The translations under genes and the position numbers were made by a program. A stretch of DNA of 64,000 nt from a virus (taxonomy: Duplodnaviria; Caudoviricetes): positions 128,001 through 192,000 of the IMG/VR virus record IMGVR_UViG_3300034101_006325, one strand, 5' to 3'. Below are positions 57,315-64,000 of this stretch, one piece after another. The notes under the pieces were generated by a model. That model was not told where the DNA came from. It did no database searches and was given only the letters and a program-made list of their open reading frames with translations. Numbering within the stretch: position 1 is the first letter of the stretch; every line of letters begins with the position of its first letter.

Positions 57315-60293
57315 ATGTCATCTCCAAAATTATTAAGACAGCAGCCAGAAAAACTTCTAAAAAATTATGTAGTTTCTATTGAAAAGTTACACGAAGAGCC
57401 AAAAACTTTTTCAGATAATTCTTTTATTGAAAATGATTTTGTAATTCCAGGTGATTCAACTTTAATGAATAGATATGCAGATTCTTTGCCTATTGGATTT
57501 AACATAAAAATTAATGGAATTACTTACAATAAATTCTCAATTGCAGGATCTGGCTGGCTGCTCTTAAAGGATCCTGCAGGTGGAACAACGGGAGCTAATT
57601 TTTGGCATGACGTTCTCAATTCTGGTGGTTTTAGAAGTATTTCTTCTAACAACGAAATAAAAAATTTATTTTCTTATAACCACATACTAATAGCACCTTG
57701 GTTTGATCAGCAAAGGCAAATTGTAAAAGATATTTCAACTTTACAGTCATCGATATTCTCAGGAATAATTACACCGACTATTGCTGAAAGAATTGCACAA
57801 GGAAAAGATGAATATTCTTGGCCATTTGACTCTCTTGATAGAGGCGTTCGTTATAAAAACTTTTATGATAATATCAAGGGAAAATGCTTGGTAGTTAGAT
57901 GGACAAATGCTGATCAAGCATACGATCATAGACTTAAATTTGAAGTTAAATTATATGAGAATGGCAGAATAGAATTCCTTTACTGGCCCTTAAAAAAATA
58001 TGTAGAAACGCCAGTTACCGCCACAGGTTTGACATCCACAGCAGGAATATTTTGGTCTGGCCCTACTGGGCCTTGGTCTAGCGGAGCGAATAGTTTTAGA
58101 GATATTTCACCTTTATTCTCATATAATTCTTTATCAAGAAATCTATCTGAATTAGGTGGAGCACCTTACGATTCAACTTATACAGAGTCAGGAAAAAATT
58201 ATTCGTGGAAGATGAGCATAGATAATTGGCCAAAAAATGGTGCAATTGTGACATTTACGCCCCCTGTAAATTTAAGAAAATTCTTGCCCAGAAAAATTTT
58301 AGCGTCTAGCGCAAAATCCTTTTTAAGAGAACCGGGCTTATTTGATGATAGAAAAGCAATAGATTTTTATCATGAAACAGTTAAAAATGTACATTATCCC
58401 TCCAATTTACCCGCAAGACTTGCAGGAGATACTGGCACTACAAATATTTTAATTAACCAACAGTTTTTTACGAGTGGAAGTTTAAAAGCAGTCGGTTCTA
58501 TAAGTTCAACAAATATAAATGATCTTTATGATCAGATTGAAAGGGATCCTCTACAGCAAATTACGAACAGACCATTTAACGAATCAGAAAAAATCTATGA
58601 TGATTCAACGGAATTTTATACAACGGGATCATCATTTGAGCTGTTTGGGCCTGATTTTACAAGTCCTCTAAAATCTAAAAGGCAATTTAACATTAAACTA
58701 CCTGTAACAAAGCAAGTAACAATGCCCCCGTTAGAATCATCAATTTATTATTATGATTCTAACGAAAAAGCATGGAGGCAACCTGCACCAGACGACATAA
58801 GACAACCAGAAAGTACATCAGTTTTACACGAAAGACTAACTGATCCAACTTACTTTGGTCCCGATAGTCGTTATTATTATTACAAGATTACAGAAACTGC
58901 TAGAGGATTTGATGCGGTTGGAAGAAAAGTTGTGTCAGGTTCAAAGTTATTAGATCTAGACCCATCTTTGCCTGCAGATTACGGATTAACACCCGACCAA
59001 AAAACTTTTCAAACTGACCCACTAATAGGACTGCTTGTTAATGATCTTGAAAATTCTTTAAACGATGTCAATATATTATTTAACAGCGCCTTAGAAAAAA
59101 AGTATTCGAAGAGTCTTACAGACAATCCGGACTATTATCCAAAAGAAGGGCAAGGAATTAATTTTACAACAGACATACCCTTTTTAATTGAAAAAATAGT
59201 TGTAGAGTTTCCATTCTATGCTGAAAATGAATGGTTTAAAGATGTAACTACTTGCAACAAAGCTTTTGGCGATTCAGCTCCTATAAATGGAATTCCATCG
59301 GGCGCAATAGACTTTGGTGGGCCTGGCTTAACTTTTAGTTTGCTGTGTTCAAGAAGAGCCCCAGGTGTGTCATATACTGATATTATTGCGTCAGGAACTG
59401 TGACTCATACGCTAGATGATCAAGCCAGTGTTCGAGTTTATAAAGAACCTGGCATGAACTATTGCAGCATACGTCCTGTTGGATTTAGATCCTTTTCTAA
59501 TCCTTCTACAGTAATTAGCGGAACTTTTGATGGTTCTACATTTAAATTTGACGGAAAAGTTAAACTTGAATTGACTCCCTCCGCTGCAGGAGGACTTACA
59601 TTTGCCAGAGAAGATAGACACCTCCAGAATAGCTCTCCATCGCACATAACAAGTAATCGTGCTAAAGTAAAAAGTCTTTTGACACAAAAAAAATTACAAG
59701 TCAAAGGTGAGGGTCCAATAGTTCCGTGGAATGAATCTATTTTATATTCACCAGCACCGCTTGTAGGTTATGCATATAGAAAACCTTACGTGTTTATACA
59801 ACAAATAAGTCCTTTATCAAGAGGAACAACAGGACTAGAATTTAATGGAAATAGTCCTATTGGCGGAACAATAGCATATGTGAATACTGAAGAAACAATT
59901 GATAATCCCTTGTATATAACCGATAATTCAAATGATCTCCCTGCAGATGTAACAACACTAATAAATTCAAATGAAAAATTTGATGCAGTGTGTGTATATT
60001 CTACAGTTGATTCTCGCCCTGCACCATATTTGATTATGCCAGGTGATAAAATAACATTGGCGATATCAAAAACAAGACCAGTCATATATAAATCATTGAA
60101 AACAGCTGCATCTGTTGGATCTTCTGTAGTTGTACCACCTGGCATCACTGTTTACCCTGAATACGATGTTGCAAATCATTATCAGACTTATTTGCTGTCA
60201 GGTAGTCATGACACTGTCATGCTAAATTCAGGAACAATAGATATTACTTTCTTTGGCAGTTACCTTCAAGAAGGCAGAGAATATCACACATGA
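57315..60293 (+). CDS. Large hypothetical structural protein (992 aa)
   Basis: LPIGFNIKING...SGWLLL, IAPWFD, VVRW, FEVKLYENGRIEFLY resemble a nidogen/AMOP-like beta-sandwich. Operon context. Confidence 0.5.
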   Translation: MSSPKLLRQQPEKLLKNYVVSIEKLHEEPKTFSDNSFIENDFVIPGDSTLMNRYADSLPIGFNIKINGITYNKFSIAGSGWLLLKDPAGGTTGANFWHDVLNSGGFRSISSNNEIKNLFSYNHILIAPWFDQQRQIVKDISTLQSSIFSGIITPTIAERIAQGKDEYSWPFDSLDRGVRYKNFYDNIKGKCLVVRWTNADQAYDHRLKFEVKLYENGRIEFLYWPLKKYVETPVTATGLTSTAGIFWSGPTGPWSSGANSFRDISPLFSYNSLSRNLSELGGAPYDSTYTESGKNYSWKMSIDNWPKNGAIVTFTPPVNLRKFLPRKILASSAKSFLREPGLFDDRKAIDFYHETVKNVHYPSNLPARLAGDTGTTNILINQQFFTSGSLKAVGSISSTNINDLYDQIERDPLQQITNRPFNESEKIYDDSTEFYTTGSSFELFGPDFTSPLKSKRQFNIKLPVTKQVTMPPLESSIYYYDSNEKAWRQPAPDDIRQPESTSVLHERLTDPTYFGPDSRYYYYKITETARGFDAVGRKVVSGSKLLDLDPSLPADYGLTPDQKTFQTDPLIGLLVNDLENSLNDVNILFNSALEKKYSKSLTDNPDYYPKEGQGINFTTDIPFLIEKIVVEFPFYAENEWFKDVTTCNKAFGDSAPINGIPSGAIDFGGPGLTFSLLCSRRAPGVSYTDIIASGTVTHTLDDQASVRVYKEPGMNYCSIRPVGFRSFSNPSTVISGTFDGSTFKFDGKVKLELTPSAAGGLTFAREDRHLQNSSPSHITSNRAKVKSLLTQKKLQVKGEGPIVPWNESILYSPAPLVGYAYRKPYVFIQQISPLSRGTTGLEFNGNSPIGGTIAYVNTEETIDNPLYITDNSNDLPADVTTLINSNEKFDAVCVYSTVDSRPAPYLIMPGDKITLAISKTRPVIYKSLKTAASVGSSVVVPPGITVYPEYDVANHYQTYLLSGSHDTVMLNSGTIDITFFGSYLQEGREYHT

Positions 60294-61597
60294 CGCACAA
60301 ATATAATTCTGAAAATGTATTTGAAGTAATTGGAGATTACCCCGTTGTCGATCAATTTGATGTTCTTTATTCAAATTTGCTTTCGGGATCTATCTTTGAC
60401 TCATATGTCACGGGTGCCTTATTTTATAAAACAAATATTTTTGAAGGACTAACACCTACAATATTTGGAGAAAGAGGTGAGGCATTTAGTAGGCTTGGAG
60501 TCTCTAGTGACAAACTTCCTTTCCCGTCAGGATCTTCTAGCACAAGTTATTCATTGCAACCGTGGAGAGAAAGAGCAGGAATTATTAGAAACATTAGAAT
60601 CTTTTCTAATGACGAAAGATTCTATGATTCAATGCAGCCACTTTTTTCAGAGCTGTATGGGAAAATTGACGGAGACATATCAGAATATTCAAATCAAACT
60701 GCTCTAATTGCGCTAGGCAATCCTTATTCGCCTACTTTTAATTACACAAATTCAACATTTAGAGGAAGCTTTCCATTTGAACCTAAATACTCAGGAATAG
60801 AAAGAACAAAAAGGCAAATTTCATACAACGCCAATATTGATAGTTCGGGTAATCCACTGGATGATGAGACGATCTGTAAAAAAGTCGTAGTTTATGAACA
60901 AAATGTAAGAGAATTTTTATGGACCAATGGATTTAGCGGACAAGTATTAAATGAAATTGACGCATCCAAAATTTTATTTGGTTTTGGTGATAGAATTGAA
61001 AGGTACAAAGAAATAGTCAACGTGCCACCAGCGCCGCCTTACGTCGCGCATTATGGAGAAAAATATCTTCCTGATTTTAGAGCATATCACGACCCAGGAA
61101 TTTTGAGTTACTGTGTATCTCCTATAATTAGAGGCTGGAAGTATGGTCTTATTGATGGTAACCCACACTACACATCTGCAGTTTATAGAAGAGACAGATA
61201 CGGTCAAGTTAGAGACATGCTTGAGCAAAGGCAAATAGCATTTACAGTAAAAGATCCTGGTAATTCCATATATTTTTATCCTGACAACTTTACGTCAGAT
61301 GAACCACCAGCTGTCCAAAAAGGAACAAGCGAAGGATCATTAGAAGATCTTACTGGCGATCATGCCGTTTTTATCAAGTTTATTAAACAAAAAGTAATTA
61401 ATAATAAACTAGTTAACATTGCGGTAAGTCCAGATCTGACGTGGTCTTCAAATTTAAGCACATATGCAACATCTTCTTTACCTTATTATGACGCAGTTCC
61501 AAAGAATAGACCACTTGGTACAGTCATTACAAATATACAAAATGTAACTTTGACATTACAACCTGACGCTTTCGGCAACATAACAATTACGAGCTAA
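60290..61597 (+). CDS. Hypothetical structural protein
   Basis: 435 aa, ATGA overlap; PIIRGWKYGL, RRDRYGQVRDMLEQR. Confidence 0.55.
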   Translation: MTHKYNSENVFEVIGDYPVVDQFDVLYSNLLSGSIFDSYVTGALFYKTNIFEGLTPTIFGERGEAFSRLGVSSDKLPFPSGSSSTSYSLQPWRERAGIIRNIRIFSNDERFYDSMQPLFSELYGKIDGDISEYSNQTALIALGNPYSPTFNYTNSTFRGSFPFEPKYSGIERTKRQISYNANIDSSGNPLDDETICKKVVVYEQNVREFLWTNGFSGQVLNEIDASKILFGFGDRIERYKEIVNVPPAPPYVAHYGEKYLPDFRAYHDPGILSYCVSPIIRGWKYGLIDGNPHYTSAVYRRDRYGQVRDMLEQRQIAFTVKDPGNSIYFYPDNFTSDEPPAVQKGTSEGSLEDLTGDHAVFIKFIKQKVINNKLVNIAVSPDLTWSSNLSTYATSSLPYYDAVPKNRPLGTVITNIQNVTLTLQPDAFGNITITS

Positions 61598-62076
61598 TTG
61601 ATGTATTGATTGTTAAAGAGCGTATCTCTTAAAAAATCTTCGTCAGAATAGTCGTCTCTTTCAGCGAAAAGTTCATCAAGATCAAACTTGTGTTTTGATT
61701 TTTCGTTCAAAAGAGTTGTCCTATAATCTTTAAGAGTTCTTGTTTTAAATTCAATATCACCACTTAAAATCCAGCCGTCTTGAATCCCTACTACAAATTT
61801 ATTCTTTTCAATTGATGACATATTTTTGCAAAGTCTAACGAAGTTGGTTTTGAAAAGCAAATCATTATTTTCATAAATAAGTTCATATCCTCTCCACTCA
61901 ACTTCCATAAATTCACCTTTTTTTAAATGAATTGTATTTCCAAGAGATGCATCTAAGCTTTTTTGTTCTCTTAACGACGAGTCGAACAACCAAACATATA
62001 TCGACTCTGTTGAATTAAAAATATTAAAAGACTTGCCAGAAGAACCTTTGGGTATGCTAATTCTAACTTTTTTCAT
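61594..62076 (-). CDS. Hypothetical protein
   Basis: 160 aa ORF converging on the structural operon with a 4-bp overlap. Confidence 0.6.
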   Translation of the reverse strand: MKKVRISIPKGSSGKSFNIFNSTESIYVWLFDSSLREQKSLDASLGNTIHLKKGEFMEVEWRGYELIYENNDLLFKTNFVRLCKNMSSIEKNKFVVGIQDGWILSGDIEFKTRTLKDYRTTLLNEKSKHKFDLDELFAERDDYSDEDFLRDTLFNNQYIN

Positions 62077-62080
62077 TTTA

Positions 62081-62464
62081 TCACAGCAATCTTAAATTTT
62101 TAGTAACCTGGTTAATAACTTCAGAATTGTCTGGTCCAAGCGCAATACAAGTCAAAGCTCCCAAAATGTCATCATTGTTATTTAGATTTCTAACTGGATA
62201 TACTCCAATTCCTTCGAACTCGGCTTTTAGAATTAGTTCTTTTAAATCTTCTTCAGAGTCAACGCCCATAATAGACTTTTCAAAAGTGCCATTCAACCAG
62301 AGAGCCTCTTCGTTGGATAGTTTGACATTAATAACGTCATTTCTTTCAGATTCATTATTGTCCAGTAAAAATCCCATTGAAGCTGTAGCAACCTGAGCAG
62401 CAAGTTCACTTTTACGAAGCTTCAAGTCTTTTCTAACCACTATAACCTGTTTAACTTCTTTCAT
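62081..62464 (-). CDS. Pth2-fold protein, catalytic residues substituted
   Basis: KQVIVVRKDL, AAQV, W...EK....VDSEEDL, TCIALGPD match Pth2. The GK, H and DAGxT motifs are absent. Confidence 0.8.
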   Translation of the reverse strand: MKEVKQVIVVRKDLKLRKSELAAQVATASMGFLLDNNESERNDVINVKLSNEEALWLNGTFEKSIMGVDSEEDLKELILKAEFEGIGVYPVRNLNNNDDILGALTCIALGPDNSEVINQVTKNLRLL

Positions 62465-62498
62465 GGGACACCTTCCTATTAATTTACATGAATTAAAT

Positions 62499-62945
62499 TC
62501 ATATAATTTCTTCTAACTTTATTCTTTTTCTTTCTTCCATGAGAATTTTACCAAGCCAATTTTCACCAACTCCTTTGCAGACACCCCAGAAATGATCGTT
62601 CCACTTATTATTAAGTATTAATTCGTCGTCATTCGTTGACAGAAGCATGGGTCGTAAAAAAGGATTTTCAAACTTTTCTCTTATTAAGATCTTCATCACA
62701 TCAATCTTAATTTGTTCCCAATTTTCTCGAACAAGAATTGTCTGTCCCAATTTTTTTGCTTCACCCGGTGTTTTTGCATTTCTAATTACTTTTCTAATTT
62801 TTTCATCAGTAGTTTTTGAAGCTTGGTATGCATGTTCAACTGTCGAATACAAAAATCCCTCGAACCTTATGGTCGAGGGATAAAAATTAGAAAGAAAATC
62901 GTAACCTGACTCTTTTGTGAATCTATCAATTATCTTTTTTTCCAC
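62499..62945 (-). CDS. NADAR family (YbiA-like) N-glycosidase
   Basis: FLSNFY, TVEHAYQASK, AKKLG, KFENP.LR..LLST, NDHFWG, GENWLGKILMEER. Confidence 0.92.
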   Translation of the reverse strand: MEKKIIDRFTKESGYDFLSNFYPSTIRFEGFLYSTVEHAYQASKTTDEKIRKVIRNAKTPGEAKKLGQTILVRENWEQIKIDVMKILIREKFENPFLRPMLLSTNDDELILNNKWNDHFWGVCKGVGENWLGKILMEERKRIKLEEII

Positions 62946-63513
62946 AATTTATTTTAGGCAAAATTTTGTATTTACCTTCGTAATATAGTGATTTTAACAG
63001 ATTTGTATAACTCTCCACGTTAGAGTCGTAATAGTTGCAATTTTTAAGGCTAATAGCAGCTATTGCAGGATGCCCTGCGTCAAATGCATTAAGTGCGCTA
63101 CTGCATTTGTTAATAATTCTCCAATAAGATGATCCACTCTCTTCAAGAGACTTAAAAGATCGATAAGGCCAGCCTCTCCTGAGATGATAGTAATATTCTT
63201 GATTCATCTTAAATGGCCCCTGATTTCCCAAGTTATTATTCCAGACTTTTTTACCTCGACTATTTTCTAATGAAATTTGCGCCCAAGACATTGAAAGCCT
63301 GTTGGCATTAGGAATTTTTTTATATTCTGCTATATGTGAATTACACAAAGTTTCCATAATTTTTTCTTGAGTAACAGGAGTTAAAACTTTGTCAACTCTA
63401 TAGATCTGATCAAGACCGTATGGATCAAATCTTTCTGTTGTAACAAAAGAAGAAAAATTATCAAACAGTATAAATGAAAATGCTGTATAAAATAACTTTA
63501 CTGTAGAAATCAT
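62926..63513 (-). CDS. GH73/glucosaminidase-like peptidoglycan hydrolase
   Basis: WAQISLEN (catalytic Glu), NNNLGN, YRSFKSLEES, NYYDS. Hydrophobic N-terminus. Confidence 0.65.
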   Translation of the reverse strand: MISTVKLFYTAFSFILFDNFSSFVTTERFDPYGLDQIYRVDKVLTPVTQEKIMETLCNSHIAEYKKIPNANRLSMSWAQISLENSRGKKVWNNNLGNQGPFKMNQEYYYHLRRGWPYRSFKSLEESGSSYWRIINKCSSALNAFDAGHPAIAAISLKNCNYYDSNVESYTNLLKSLYYEGKYKILPKINCGKKDN

Positions 63514-63530
63514 AATTGAGTCTTAAAAAT

Positions 63531-63564
63531 AAAAAAATCGGCCGGTGCAGAGGCACCGGCCGAT
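63531..63564 (-). terminator. Rho-independent terminator downstream of the lipoprotein gene
   Basis: Perfect 12-bp stem ATCGGCCGGTGC (63537-63548) / GCACCGGCCGAT (63553-63564), 4-nt loop, followed on the minus strand by a U-tract. Confidence 0.92.
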
Positions 63565-63575
63565 GAAAAGAAAAA

Positions 63576-63806
63576 TCACTTAGCTGATGAAGCAGGAACA
63601 GCAGATGAAACAGGTGCAGCAGGAGCTTCAACTGATGCCGTCGCCGATGCTGTTACCACTGCTGTTGGTGCTGCCGATGCTGAAGGTGCTGCCTCAACAT
63701 CTGCAACAACTGCCGTTGCAGATTCTGCAGCGCCGGCGCCCTTGTCAGAATTTACGCAACCAATCATCGACAAAACTAACATTGTAACAAACAATACATT
63801 CTTCAT
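63576..63806 (-). CDS. Small Ala/Ser/Pro-rich lipoprotein
   Basis: MK + hydrophobic core + MIG-C17 lipobox, then a low-complexity tail. GGAG SD 10 nt upstream. Confidence 0.78.
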   Translation of the reverse strand: MKNVLFVTMLVLSMIGCVNSDKGAGAAESATAVVADVEAAPSASAAPTAVVTASATASVEAPAAPVSSAVPASSAK

Positions 63807-63852
63807 AACAAATTATCTCCGTAATATTCCTGTAAAGCAGGTGTCGATAATT

Positions 63853-63881
63853 ATAATACAAAGTATCTAAGTGTATTACAA
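63853..63881 (-). promoter_or_regulatory. Putative sigma70-type promoter for the lipoprotein gene
   Basis: TTGTAA-N17-TATTAT on the minus strand. Confidence 0.5.
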
Positions 63882-63973
63882 AAATTCTATTTACTAAAAG
63901 TAGAAAATAGAGTTAATTTGATTATATTTAGTCAAAGTAATGTTCTAGTAAAAATAGAACTAACTTTATACAC

Positions 63974-64000
63974 ATGGCAACAATAGACAAAAAAATTCTT
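63974..64000 (+). CDS. Possible start of a gene running off the window (MATIDKKIL...)
   Basis: ATG after an AT-rich divergent spacer; only 9 codons visible. Confidence 0.3.

Noticed and set aside
63807-63973. tRNA or structured ncRNA in the largest intergenic gap
   Set aside because: Very AT-rich, with no cloverleaf or T-loop signature; explained as a divergent promoter region.
1-64000. Eukaryotic giant virus (NCLDV), prophage or tailocin/eCIS
   Set aside because: Sigma factors, SD motifs, GTG/TTG starts and gp25/gp6/gp4 homologs indicate a tailed phage. Replication genes argue against eCIS; there is no integrase or host flank for a prophage.

Overview
AT-rich (roughly 30% GC by eye), very gene-dense fragment of a large lytic myovirus-type (jumbo-like) bacteriophage genome. 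It uses the standard code 11: TAA, TAG and TGA all end genes, and GTG/TTG starts and ATGA/TAATG overlaps are common. There are three strand blocks. (1) Minus strand, 1-24993: a split SbcD/SbcC (Mre11/Rad50-like) nuclease-ATPase, primase, RuvC-like resolvase, T4 gp4-like head-completion nuclease, seven virion-type proteins, PIN-PhoH, Hc1-like protein, DinG-type helicase, ClpP and a degenerate GroEL-like protein; a small sigma-region-4 protein sits on the plus strand. (2) Plus strand, 25079-61597: a ~19.5 kb glycosylation island (9 glycosyltransferase genes, 5 methyltransferase-like genes, RmlB, Gmd, a DegT aminotransferase, a WxcM-type isomerase, a 2OG-Fe(II) dioxygenase, and a eukaryote-like GT29 sialyltransferase with NeuA, NeuB and a HAD phosphatase), then a gp55-like late sigma factor and a contractile-tail baseplate module (gp5-like, lysozyme-like, gp25, gp6, LamG proteins). 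(3) Minus strand, 61594-63806: a catalytically degenerate Pth2, NADAR, a GH73-like hydrolase and an Ala-rich lipoprotein with its own promoter and terminator. No rRNA, tRNA, CRISPR array, integrase or transposase was seen. Best candidates for new biology: the phage-encoded sialylation/KDN module inside a soluble glycosylation island, the SbcD gene split at a point where the two pieces carry complementary acidic and basic tails, and two pseudoenzymes (ATPase-less GroEL, dead Pth2). All family calls are from motif recognition by eye; no database searches were run.
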